From Qipengyuania sp. (GTDB lineage Bacteria; Pseudomonadota; Alphaproteobacteria; Sphingomonadales; Sphingomonadaceae): DNA of 64,000 nt. The translations under genes were made by a program, and so were the position numbers. The notes under the pieces were generated by a model. It saw only the letters and a program-made list of their open reading frames with translations. It made no database searches and was not told where the DNA came from. How positions within the stretch are numbered: position 1 is the stretch's first letter; each line of letters begins with the position of its first letter. Positions 19,789-28,689 of this stretch are shown here, piece by piece. The stretch spans positions 118,579 through 182,578 of the forward strand of contig NZ_CAXQVB010000006.1 of NCBI RefSeq assembly GCF_964227205.1, written 5' to 3'.

Positions 19789-20358
19789 ATGTCCCTGCTT
19801 TCTCCCCTGATCGCCATGCTGATGGCATTGGGCGCTCCGGGAAGCGCGGCGACGGGCGCCGACATCGAACGATCAACTGCTGCCGGAGGCGTGACGCCCG
19901 GTTCGGCCGCTCTCGGCGAACATGACCCGATCTGGCCCGGCACGCTGGACGATGGCGGCGGGCCGGTCGCCAACCAGGTGCGGATCGAACAGCGCGTGAT
20001 CCTGCGAATCAGCCCGCACCCCGGCCGGTTGCGCCAAGATTTTCTTGCGGATCTACCGCGGCAGTCGTTTCCCACACGGCTGGTCGAGCGCCCCTTTGGC
20101 AAGTGTCTCAGCGTGGGCGACATTGTCGGCGTGGCCGATCGCGGCACGCGCCTGCTGATGTATATGCGCAATAGGCAGATCATCTCGGCCGAGCTCGAGA
20201 ATGCCTGCAGCCCGCGCGATTTCTATCTCGGTTTCTACGTCGAGCGGACCTCCGACGGGAAGCTGTGCGTCGGGCGTGACCGGCTGCTGTCGCGGGCCGG
20301 GGCCAAGTGCCGCATTTCCAATTTCAGCCGGTTGGTTGCGGTCAGCGAGGAGGACTGA
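19789..20358 (+). CDS. Hypothetical secreted protein
   Basis: Hydrophobic N-terminus, three spaced Cys in the C-terminal half; fills the gap between divergent genes. Confidence 0.6.
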   Translation: MSLLSPLIAMLMALGAPGSAATGADIERSTAAGGVTPGSAALGEHDPIWPGTLDDGGGPVANQVRIEQRVILRISPHPGRLRQDFLADLPRQSFPTRLVERPFGKCLSVGDIVGVADRGTRLLMYMRNRQIISAELENACSPRDFYLGFYVERTSDGKLCVGRDRLLSRAGAKCRISNFSRLVAVSEED

Positions 20359-20380
20359 GGCCGCGCTCGCGCCGATTTCT

Positions 20381-20409
20381 TGACTTTTCCGCCAATTCCG
20401 GCAAAGGGC
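20381..20409 (+). promoter_or_regulatory. Probable sigma70 promoter of the DEAD-box helicase
   Basis: TTGACT-N17-AAAGGG. Confidence 0.4.
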
Positions 20410-20477
20410 GCGCCTAGCCGATGCCGCACATGCGCGGCTTTTTCTCGGCCTTTGTTCCAGGGACAGTTTCGAACCGC

Positions 20478-21812
20478 ATGACTTTCGCCGATCTCGGCCT
20501 TTCCGAAGACTTGCTCAAGGCAGTAAGCGAAGCCGGCTATACCGAGCCGACAGACATCCAGCGCGAGGCGATTCCGCCGGTCCTGATGATGAAGGACATC
20601 ATCGGAATCGCGCAGACCGGCACGGGCAAAACCGCCAGTTTCGTGCTGCCCATGATCGATATCCTCGCTGCCGGCCGTCGTCGCGCGCTGATGCCGCGTT
20701 CGCTGATCCTCGCGCCGACGCGCGAACTCGCAGCGCAGGTGGCGGAAAACTTCGAGAAATACGGCAAGAACCACGATCTTAAGCTCGCACTGCTCATCGG
20801 CGGCGTGCAGATGGGCGACCAGGTCAAGGCGCTGAACGAGGGCGTCGACGTACTGATTGCCACGCCCGGTCGCCTGATGGATTTGTTCGAGCGCGGCAAG
20901 ATCCTGCTCAACGGTTGCGAACTGCTGGTCATCGACGAAGCCGACCGTATGCTCGACATGGGCTTCATCCCCGATATCGAGTTCATCTGCTCCAAGCTTC
21001 CCGAAGCGCGCCAGACCATGCTGTTTTCGGCCACCATGCCGCCGCCGATCGAGAAGCTGGCCAAGAAATTTCTCAACAATCCCAAGCGGATCGAGGTCAG
21101 CCGTGCCGCGACCACGAACAAGGACATCACCGCTTTCAAGATTCCGGTAAAGAGCCGCCAGAAGCGCGAGACGCTGCGCTGGCTGCTCGACCATGATCAT
21201 GTCGAGACCGCAATCGTCTTCGCCAACCGCAAGACCACCGTGCGCGAACTCAACAAGAGCCTGCAGAGCCACGGCTTCCGCAGCGGCGAGATCCATGGCG
21301 ACATGGACCAGTCGAATCGCCTGAAGGAGCTCGACCGCTTCAAGAAGGGCGAGATCAATATCCTCGTCGCCTCCGACGTCGCTGCGCGGGGGCTAGACAT
21401 CAAGGGCGTCAGCCACGTGTTCAATTTCGACACGCCCTGGCATCCCGACGATTACGTCCACCGGATCGGCCGCACGGGGCGGGCAGGGGCCAAGGGCCGC
21501 GCCTTCACCTTCGTTGCGGAAGAAGACGCGGAAGCGATCGCCAATGTCGAAAAGCTGACCGGGTCGAAGGTCAAGGTCTTCGGCAAGGAAGACGTTCGCG
21601 TCGATCTGGTCGAGAAGACGTCCGAGCCAGAGGAAAAGCCCAAGCGCGCGCGGAAAAAGCGCGGGAACGACGAGCTCCGGGACGAACAGCCAGCGCGCAA
21701 GCCGAGAACGAAGAGCGAGCCGCGGCGCAAGCGCGACTCGGATGATGCGCCGGTTGCGGCGGGCGAATGGAACGGTCCGCGCCCTGGCTTCCTCGACGTT
21801 TCGGCGACCTGA
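20478..21812 (+). CDS. DEAD-box RNA helicase
   Basis: Q motif, AQTGTGKT, PTRELA, TPGR, DEAD, SAT, ARGLD, HRIGRTGR. Confidence 0.95.
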   Translation: MTFADLGLSEDLLKAVSEAGYTEPTDIQREAIPPVLMMKDIIGIAQTGTGKTASFVLPMIDILAAGRRRALMPRSLILAPTRELAAQVAENFEKYGKNHDLKLALLIGGVQMGDQVKALNEGVDVLIATPGRLMDLFERGKILLNGCELLVIDEADRMLDMGFIPDIEFICSKLPEARQTMLFSATMPPPIEKLAKKFLNNPKRIEVSRAATTNKDITAFKIPVKSRQKRETLRWLLDHDHVETAIVFANRKTTVRELNKSLQSHGFRSGEIHGDMDQSNRLKELDRFKKGEINILVASDVAARGLDIKGVSHVFNFDTPWHPDDYVHRIGRTGRAGAKGRAFTFVAEEDAEAIANVEKLTGSKVKVFGKEDVRVDLVEKTSEPEEKPKRARKKRGNDELRDEQPARKPRTKSEPRRKRDSDDAPVAAGEWNGPRPGFLDVSAT

Positions 21813-21854
21813 TTTAACGCCTTCCTAACCACGTTCGCGCCATAGCTTGGCGCA

Positions 21855-22691
21855 ATGGAAATCTTCGCCCATCATGCGCAGGTGACGCTGACCATGCTGG
21901 CCATGACGGCCGGCGTGTTCGGCCTGCTGGCGTTGCTCGTTAAGCGGCGAGCGATCGGTGCGGCGCTGGCGCGGGTGCACGGCGAATTCGCCACCAATCT
22001 CGGCCTCCTGCTCTTCAACCTCGTGCTGCTGGGCCCGCTGTTCGCGGTGCCCGAGGGCCTGATCCGCGACCAATTGGTGGCTCTCCCCGCGCTGGGCGCA
22101 TTCTGGAGCGGGATCAACGAATTGGCGGTGCTTTTCTGCGCCATCCTGGTCTACGATTTCGTTGTCTACTGGCGGCACCGCGCCGAACACCACAGGTTGC
22201 TGTGGCCGATCCACGCCACTCACCACGCAGACACGGCGCTGCACTGGCTTTCGGTCCATCGCAAGCACCCGCTCAGCAAATTGCTCAGTGTGCTTGTGGA
22301 CATCTGGCTTTTGTTCCTCCTTGGGTTCCCCGAATGGGCGATTGCCGGCGCGGCCTTCCTCCGCAGCTGGTGGGGATTTTTCATCCATGCCGATGTTCCA
22401 TGGACTCTCGGAATCTTCGGTAAAATACTGATATCGCCCGCTGCACACCGCCTGCACCACATCCGCGACGAGGCGCTGATGGGAAGCAATTTCGGCAACA
22501 CCGTGACTCTATGGGACAGGCTGTTCGGCACCTATGTCGATCCGGCGCCGTATCTCGATTGCGAGACCGGCATTGCCGAGGGCACGCGCGGCTTCCTCGG
22601 CGAACTCGGCCGACCGTTCGAGCGGCGCTACCGCATCGGGGTGGGTGCGAGTGCGGTAGAGCCTAGGCCAGCGCCGCCAGCTGGTACATGA
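21855..22691 (+). CDS. Sterol desaturase / fatty acid hydroxylase family protein
   Basis: His boxes HRAEH, HATHH, HRLHH; SNFGNTVTLWDRLFGT; 29-bp convergent overlap with the next gene. Confidence 0.85.
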   Translation: MEIFAHHAQVTLTMLAMTAGVFGLLALLVKRRAIGAALARVHGEFATNLGLLLFNLVLLGPLFAVPEGLIRDQLVALPALGAFWSGINELAVLFCAILVYDFVVYWRHRAEHHRLLWPIHATHHADTALHWLSVHRKHPLSKLLSVLVDIWLLFLLGFPEWAIAGAAFLRSWWGFFIHADVPWTLGIFGKILISPAAHRLHHIRDEALMGSNFGNTVTLWDRLFGTYVDPAPYLDCETGIAEGTRGFLGELGRPFERRYRIGVGASAVEPRPAPPAGT

Positions 22692-24195
22692 TCTCGACGT
22701 AACCCATCGTCGCGTCGGTAATCCCGGCCACCTTGGGATTGCTCGATTCCACTACGTAATACTCGTCCGGCGCATGCGCGCCCGAGCCATGACCGAGGCC
22801 GAAGTGTCCGGCAGGGATGCTCACCGGCGGTGCTGTGAATGTCGCGCCTGGCCACGAGCCGGCAAGGCGTGGATTGAGCCTCGCCTCGACCCCCAGCGCC
22901 TCGTAGGCGGCCAGCTCGGCGCGAATGAGCGCACTGTCTTCGGCCGTCTCGGTCGGGTCGTAGCCGCCCGAAACATTCACTTCGACATCGGGAAAACCCT
23001 GCGCATCGAGATGCGCGCGCAGCTTGCGCACTGCCTCTTCGCGGGTCTGGCTGGGCACCAGCCGTAGGTCGAGTTTCGCTACGCCGCGACCGGGCAGGAT
23101 GGTCTTGCCGCCCGGACCGGTGTAGCCCGCGACGAGCCCTTCGATATTGACCGTTGGCTGCCCTGCCAGGCGGATCATCGCGTCTTCGAACGACAAATCG
23201 TCGATCCAGTGGGTGATGCCGAGGCTTGCCTTGGTCAGTTCCTCGTTTCCGGCGGCGGCGGCCTGACGGACCAGTTCCTTCTCGCGCTCGGTCAGCGGGC
23301 GCACGTTCTCGAACCAGCCATCGATCGCCACCGTGTTGCCGTCGGGCGTGACGAGCGTGTTGAGCGCATGGACAAGTCGCCAGACGGGCGAATCGACCGC
23401 GGCCTTCTGGCTCGAATGGATGTCGCCCTTGGGGCCGCGACCCCATTTTTCACCGCTCGCCACCAGTTCGAGCTCGACGATGCCTTTCGAGCCCAGATTG
23501 ACGTTCACTGCCCCGGTCGGTCCCTGCCAGCTGGCCGGAATGAAGATACCTGCGCATTTCCGGAGTGCGGCGAGCACGTCGGGCGTCTCGGCGATCTGGC
23601 GGAAGTGGGGGCTGCCGATCTCCTCCTCGCCCTCGCAGATGAGCGCGATGTTGACCGGAGGGGTAACGCCCGCCGCCTTCATCGCGTGGAGCGCGGCGAG
23701 GAAGGTGGCCTCGGGGCCCTTCTGGTTGACCGCACCACGGCCCATGATCGCCTTTCCCCAGTCGGCCTTGTCGACGATTTGTGCCGCGAGCGGGGGCGAG
23801 GACCACTCGGCGGGATCGAACTGCTTCACATCGTACATGAAATAGATGCCCAGGGTCTGCGGTGCGCCATTGTCCATGAAACCGACGACCCCGGGAATCC
23901 CGTCGGTGGGAATCTGCCGGACACCGGTAAAGCCCGCAGCGCGGGCCAGGTCTTCCATATAGGCCGCGCCTTCCGGGACGTTGCGGTTCTCCGCGGCGAT
24001 GGTCGGCAGGGCGATCCACTCCTGAATGCGCTTGATGTCGGTTGCCTTGTTCGCCGCTGCCGCCGCTCGGATCGCCGCGCGGGCGTCGGATTGCGCGAAA
24101 CCGGTCCGCGGCAGCAATGCTGCTCCCGCGCCAAGCAGCATGGACGATCGCAGCAGCGTACGGCGGTCGGTTGGAAAGCGTGTGAGTCCGGTCAT
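22663..24195 (-). CDS. Tat-exported M20/M25/M40-family peptidase-like protein
   Basis: DRRTLLR Tat signal; CEGEEEIGS, AHAPDEY; atypical MYDV and GRGAVNQKG. Confidence 0.82.
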   Translation of the reverse strand: MTGLTRFPTDRRTLLRSSMLLGAGAALLPRTGFAQSDARAAIRAAAAANKATDIKRIQEWIALPTIAAENRNVPEGAAYMEDLARAAGFTGVRQIPTDGIPGVVGFMDNGAPQTLGIYFMYDVKQFDPAEWSSPPLAAQIVDKADWGKAIMGRGAVNQKGPEATFLAALHAMKAAGVTPPVNIALICEGEEEIGSPHFRQIAETPDVLAALRKCAGIFIPASWQGPTGAVNVNLGSKGIVELELVASGEKWGRGPKGDIHSSQKAAVDSPVWRLVHALNTLVTPDGNTVAIDGWFENVRPLTEREKELVRQAAAAGNEELTKASLGITHWIDDLSFEDAMIRLAGQPTVNIEGLVAGYTGPGGKTILPGRGVAKLDLRLVPSQTREEAVRKLRAHLDAQGFPDVEVNVSGGYDPTETAEDSALIRAELAAYEALGVEARLNPRLAGSWPGATFTAPPVSIPAGHFGLGHGSGAHAPDEYYVVESSNPKVAGITDATMGYVEIMYQLAALA

Positions 24196-24248
24196 CTCAT
24201 TCCCCCTGATTTGCCGAAGGAATGCACGCGGCAGGGCAGGCTGACAAG

Positions 24249-26558
24249 CTAGTCGGCGAGCTTCACGAAACTGTCGAGTACGCGCTTCTCGCCCGCCTTC
24301 TCGAACTCGATAGTCAGCTTGTTGCCTTCCTGATCGGTGACGCAGCCGTAACCGAACTTGTCGTGGAACACGCGTGCGCCAATCGCGATGTCGCTGCGCG
24401 GCTTGGCGGCGAAGCTGGCGGCGCTCCGGCCCGGCTCGGCAAGTCGCTTGGGCGTTGAGTCGTAGCCGCTCGACAGCGCGCGCTGCCAGCCGGGGCCGCG
24501 TGAGCCCGACCGCTCGGGACGGCTGGAGGAGACATGCGCGAAGGGATCCTCGGTCTCGCTCCAATTGGCGCGCCACAGAGAGGCACCGCCAGTCATGGTG
24601 GTTTCACTCTTGATATGCTCTTCTGGCAAATCCTCGATGAAACGGCTGGGGATCGAGCTGGTCCACTGGCCGTAGATGCGCCGGTTTGCAGCATGAAGGA
24701 TCGTGCACCGGCGCCGCGCGCGGGTGATCGCGACATAGGCGAGCCGGCGTTCCTCCTCGAGGCTTGCGAGCCCGCCTTCGTCGATTGCGCGCTGGCTGGG
24801 GAAGACCCCTTCCTCCCATCCGGGCAGGAAGACATGATCGAACTCGAGCCCCTTGGCGGCGTGCATGGTCATGATGGTGACCTTCTCGCCATCGTCGGCA
24901 CGGTCGTTGTCCATCACCAGGCTGACATGTTCGAGGAAATCGCCAAGCGTCTCGTACTCTTCCATTGCGCGGGCAAGCTCGGTGAGGTTTTCCAGCCGCC
25001 CGGCGCTTTCGGGGCTGCGATCCTTCTGCAGCATGTCCTCGTAGCCGCTCTCGGCGAGCACCGTGCGCAGCAATTCGGAAGTCGTCACCTTTTCCGCCAT
25101 CTCGCGCCAGTGAACGAACTGGCCGAGCAGTCCGACGAGGCTGTTCTTCGCCCGTGCGGGCAGCTCGTCGCTGTCGCAAAGGTCGAGGCTGGCAGCAGCG
25201 AGCGGGGCCTGCGTCCGGCGCGCATGGCGTCGCATGGCTTCGAGCGTCTTGGCGCCAAGTCCGCGTTTGGGCTGGTTGTAGATGCGCTCGAAGGCAAGGT
25301 CGTCTGCAGGCTGGGCGATGGTGCGCAGATATGCGAGCGCATCGCGGATTTCGGCGCGTTCGTAGAAGCGGAAGCCCCCAACGATGCGATAGTTGAGCCC
25401 GATCTGGATGAATCGGTCCTCGAACTCGCGCGTCTGGTATTGCGCGCGCACGAGGATCGCGACCTGGTCGAGCGGAGCGCCTTCGGCCTCGAGCCGTTCG
25501 ATCTCCTCGCCCACGCGGCGCGCTTCCTCTGGCGCATCCCACACGCCGATCACGCGGACCTTGTCGCCCGCCGGAAGCTCGGTCCACAGCGTCTTGCCGA
25601 GCCGCTCGCTATTGGCGTCGATCAGGCCCGATGCGGCCGCAAGGATCTGCGGTGTTGAGCGATAGTTCTGCTCGAGCTTGATCACCGCGGCGCCGGGAAA
25701 ATCCTTTTCGAACTTGAGGATATTGGCGACTTCTGCGCCGCGCCATGAATAGATCGACTGGTCGTCGTCGCCCACCACGCAGATGTTCTTGCGCGTCTGC
25801 GCAAGCAGGCGCAGCCACAGGTACTGGACCTGGTTGGTATCCTGATATTCGTCGACCAGGATATATTTGAAGCGCTGCTGATACTGCTCGAGCACGTCGC
25901 GATGCTGGCGGAAGATATTGAGCATGTGCAGCAAAAGATCGCCGAAATCGCAGGCGTTCAGCGATTTGAGCCGCTCCTGGTAGAGCGTGTAGAACTGCGC
26001 CCCGCGGCCATTGGCGTATGCCTCGTTCTCCACAGCATCGAGATCGCCGGGATTCAGCCCGCGGTTCTTCCAGCGGTCGATCAACCCTGCCAGCTGGCGC
26101 GCCGGCCAGCGCTTTTCGTCGAGATCGTTTTCCTGGATCAGCTGCTTGAGCAGGCGCAATTGGTCGTCGGGATCGATGATCGTGTAGTTGGACTTCAGTC
26201 CGACCAGTTCGGCATGCCGGCGCAGCATGCGCGCACCGATCGCATGGAAGGTACCGAGCCAAGGCATGCCTTCGACTGCATCGCCGATATGCCGGCCCAC
26301 GCGCTCGCGCATCTCGCGCGCCGCCTTGTTGGTGAAGGTGACGCAGAGGATCTCGCTCGGCCATGCCCGGCGCGTTGCGATGAGATGTGCCAGCCGTGCG
26401 GTAAGCGCCGCGGTCTTGCCGGTGCCCGCTCCGGCCAGCATCAGCACGGCGCCCTCGGTCGTCAGGACGGCCTCGCGCTGGGGTGCATTCAGGCGTGCAG
26501 CATAGGCAGGAATCTGCGCTTTTTCTGGCGCGTCGGACGGGGTGGAAAGCTCGGTCAT
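24249..26558 (-). CDS. uvrD: UvrD/PcrA DNA helicase
   Basis: LAGAGTGKT, VTFTNKAAREM, VDEYQDTN, GDDDQSIYSWRG, LEQNYRS, MHAAKGLEF, EERRLAYVAITRA. Confidence 0.95.
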   Translation of the reverse strand: MTELSTPSDAPEKAQIPAYAARLNAPQREAVLTTEGAVLMLAGAGTGKTAALTARLAHLIATRRAWPSEILCVTFTNKAAREMRERVGRHIGDAVEGMPWLGTFHAIGARMLRRHAELVGLKSNYTIIDPDDQLRLLKQLIQENDLDEKRWPARQLAGLIDRWKNRGLNPGDLDAVENEAYANGRGAQFYTLYQERLKSLNACDFGDLLLHMLNIFRQHRDVLEQYQQRFKYILVDEYQDTNQVQYLWLRLLAQTRKNICVVGDDDQSIYSWRGAEVANILKFEKDFPGAAVIKLEQNYRSTPQILAAASGLIDANSERLGKTLWTELPAGDKVRVIGVWDAPEEARRVGEEIERLEAEGAPLDQVAILVRAQYQTREFEDRFIQIGLNYRIVGGFRFYERAEIRDALAYLRTIAQPADDLAFERIYNQPKRGLGAKTLEAMRRHARRTQAPLAAASLDLCDSDELPARAKNSLVGLLGQFVHWREMAEKVTTSELLRTVLAESGYEDMLQKDRSPESAGRLENLTELARAMEEYETLGDFLEHVSLVMDNDRADDGEKVTIMTMHAAKGLEFDHVFLPGWEEGVFPSQRAIDEGGLASLEEERRLAYVAITRARRRCTILHAANRRIYGQWTSSIPSRFIEDLPEEHIKSETTMTGGASLWRANWSETEDPFAHVSSSRPERSGSRGPGWQRALSSGYDSTPKRLAEPGRSAASFAAKPRSDIAIGARVFHDKFGYGCVTDQEGNKLTIEFEKAGEKRVLDSFVKLAD

Positions 26559-26566
26559 GCGGTATG

Positions 26567-26581
26567 GAACAGCTAGGGAAC
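26567..26581 (-). promoter_or_regulatory. Alphaproteobacterial LexA (SOS) box
   Basis: GAAC-agctagg-GAAC (GTTC-N7-GTTC on minus strand), 8 nt before the uvrD ATG. Confidence 0.7.
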
Positions 26582-26620
26582 GCTTGCCCGCAACACAAGC
26601 CCCATAGCCTGCCCCCCGTC

Positions 26621-26646
26621 GGAACCGACGCGGCATTTCCTGCGTA
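26621..26646 (+). promoter_or_regulatory. EcfG/sigmaT-like promoter
   Basis: GGAAC-N17-CGTA (consensus GGAAC-N16/17-CGTT) upstream of the 26684 ORF. Confidence 0.45.
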
Positions 26647-26683
26647 GGACGGGCAATGACAACGACAAATGGAGTGTTCTCCA

Positions 26684-27265
26684 ATGCGTACCATCATTCT
26701 CGCCGGCGCTGCCGCCTTGGCTTTCACCGCGACCCCGGCTTTCGCCGACCATCATATGGACGACGAGGGCTTCACCTGGAGCGCCGAGCAGGAAGCCATG
26801 TATGACGCATGGCCCGCCGATCGCCAGGCTGCCTATGACGCATGGCCCGCAGATGTTCAGGAGTATTACTGGACGCTGACGCCCGTGCAGGTGAAGGGCT
26901 GGTGGCTGCTGACCGACGACCAGCGCATCCGGATTTACGAGATGACCCCCGAAGCGCGTGCGCAAGCCTGGATGCAGGTCCAGGCGCAGGTGCCGAACGC
27001 GACCGCAACCGCTGCCACGAGCGCTGCGGCCTCGGCCAGCACCATGACCCCGCGTTTTGTCAGCAAGGAAGTGACCCAGACGACCCCGGCCGGTTATATG
27101 GCGGCTTCGGGTGACGACTTGCCGGTGTGCAAGGGCGACCAGCAGGACGGCTGCATCAACAGCTGGGCCAAGAACAAGACCGGCCACCGCCCGCTCGAAT
27201 ACTGGCCCGGCAAGCCGGCCAGCGAAATCCCGGGCAAGCTGCCGGCGAAGAAGCCCGGCACATAG
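26684..27265 (+). CDS. Hypothetical secreted Trp/Tyr-rich protein
   Basis: Signal peptide MRTIILAGAAALAFTATPAFA; YDAWPAD x2; C-x7-C near the C-terminus; host-like codon use. Confidence 0.8.
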   Translation: MRTIILAGAAALAFTATPAFADHHMDDEGFTWSAEQEAMYDAWPADRQAAYDAWPADVQEYYWTLTPVQVKGWWLLTDDQRIRIYEMTPEARAQAWMQVQAQVPNATATAATSAAASASTMTPRFVSKEVTQTTPAGYMAASGDDLPVCKGDQQDGCINSWAKNKTGHRPLEYWPGKPASEIPGKLPAKKPGT

Positions 27266-27316
27266 TCAGGTCTTTCCGCGCGCGCTTGGCTCCCTTGGAG
27301 CCCCGGGCGCGACGCT

Positions 27317-27355
27317 TGGAGGGGGCGGGGCTGCCATGGCGGCCTCGCCCCTTTC
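27317..27355. terminator. Hairpin between convergent genes
   Basis: ggggcggggctgcc-atg-gcggcctcgcccc followed by ttt. Confidence 0.5.
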
Positions 27356-27361
27356 GCGCAT

Positions 27362-27907
27362 CTAGCTCTCGAGCCGGAGTAGCGTAAGCTTGGCTTTGCC
27401 GACTTTGCGATCGGCGTCGATGGCGAGGCCCTTCACCGAAACCGTTTCCTTCGCTCCGGTCTCCAGCGCCATCAAGGTTACAGGCCCGATCCATCCGAGC
27501 CGCAGCATGCGGTCGAGCGCGACCTGTCCGGCGCCGGTGTCATAGGGCGGATCGAGCAGGATGAGATCATGCGGCTGTTTTGTAGGGCCCAGCGACATGA
27601 CAGAGGCCTGCTGTACAGTCGACCGTGTCCGCGCCTCGAACGCATCGATATTGCTTCGGATCGCCTTGATCGCCGCGCTGTCCTGCTCGACAAACAGGCA
27701 CGAGCCGGCTCCGCGCGACAGCGCTTCGAGACCGAGTGCTCCCGAGCCGGCGAAAAGGTCGGCGACGCTCAGTCCTTCGAAACTGCCCAATCGACTGGCG
27801 AGCATGCTGAAAAGGGTCTCGCGCGTACGATCGGCGGTCGGGCGGGTCAGCTCGCCCTTGGGCGCGACCAGCTTTCGCCCGCGCCATTCGCCCGCGATGA
27901 TCCTCAT
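27362..27907 (-). CDS. rsmD: 16S rRNA m2G966 methyltransferase
   Basis: MRIIAGEWRGRKL, RPTADRTRETLF, DLFAGSGALGLEALSRG, DPPY. Confidence 0.95.
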   Translation of the reverse strand: MRIIAGEWRGRKLVAPKGELTRPTADRTRETLFSMLASRLGSFEGLSVADLFAGSGALGLEALSRGAGSCLFVEQDSAAIKAIRSNIDAFEARTRSTVQQASVMSLGPTKQPHDLILLDPPYDTGAGQVALDRMLRLGWIGPVTLMALETGAKETVSVKGLAIDADRKVGKAKLTLLRLES

Positions 27908-28671
27908 TTGCGGCCACCGCGGGCGAGTTCGCGCTTGAACGCCATGACATCGCCGCGCTTGATCTCCAGCGCCTGTCCGCGCGGGAGGTCGCCGATGTGG
28001 AACGGGCCGTAGCCGATGCGCAGCAGGCGGTTTACTTCGAGCCCGAGATGTTCGAGCACCCTGCGGACTTCGCGGTTCTTGCCTTCCCGCAGGGTCAGCT
28101 CGATCCAGCGATTCCTGCCCGATCCGCGCTCGAGATCGGCCTCGATCCTGCCGTAGCGCACGCCGTCGACTTCGATCCCTTCGATCAGCTTGTCGAGATC
28201 GGCCTGGGTGACATTGCCGAAGGCGCGCGCGCGATAAGTCCGCGGGACGCCGCTCGACGGCAGTTCCATCGCGCGCTTCATCTCGCCGTCATTGGTGAGC
28301 AGCAGCAGGCCTTCTGTGTTGTAGTCGAGGCGGCCCACCGGCATGACACGCCCGGCATCCTTGGGCAGGGCGTTGCGCAGCGCGGCGTAGATCGTCGTCC
28401 GACCCTTGGGGTCGTGCTCGGTCGTCAGCATTCCGGCCGGCTTGTGAAAGGCGAACAGGCGGGTTTCTTCCACCGTACCGACGGGCTTTCCGTCGACCGT
28501 TACGCCGCCCAGGCCGGTGAGCTTGACCGCCGGCGTGTCGAGCACCTTGCCATTGATCGCCACGCGCCCGTCGGCGATCATGCGCTCGATTTCGCGGCGG
28601 CTGGCGACGCCCGCGCGTGCGAGCAGCTTGGCGATCCGGTCGCCTTCCTCGGGTAGTCGATTGTCGGCCAT
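27904..28671 (-). CDS. rluB: rRNA pseudouridine synthase (RluB/RsuA family)
   Basis: S4 domain RIAKLLARAGVASRRE; GRLDYNTEGLLLLTNDG; EGKNREVRR. Confidence 0.9.
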   Translation of the reverse strand: MADNRLPEEGDRIAKLLARAGVASRREIERMIADGRVAINGKVLDTPAVKLTGLGGVTVDGKPVGTVEETRLFAFHKPAGMLTTEHDPKGRTTIYAALRNALPKDAGRVMPVGRLDYNTEGLLLLTNDGEMKRAMELPSSGVPRTYRARAFGNVTQADLDKLIEGIEVDGVRYGRIEADLERGSGRNRWIELTLREGKNREVRRVLEHLGLEVNRLLRIGYGPFHIGDLPRGQALEIKRGDVMAFKRELARGGRK

Positions 28672-28689
28672 GGCCGCGCAGCTAGGCCT

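Noticed and set aside
22663-24576. 637-aa N-terminally extended M20 protein, and similarly long starts for uvrD, radC, aroA, purB and pyrF in the track
   Set aside because: Extensions overlap neighbouring genes and lack homology; downstream starts give normal N-termini.
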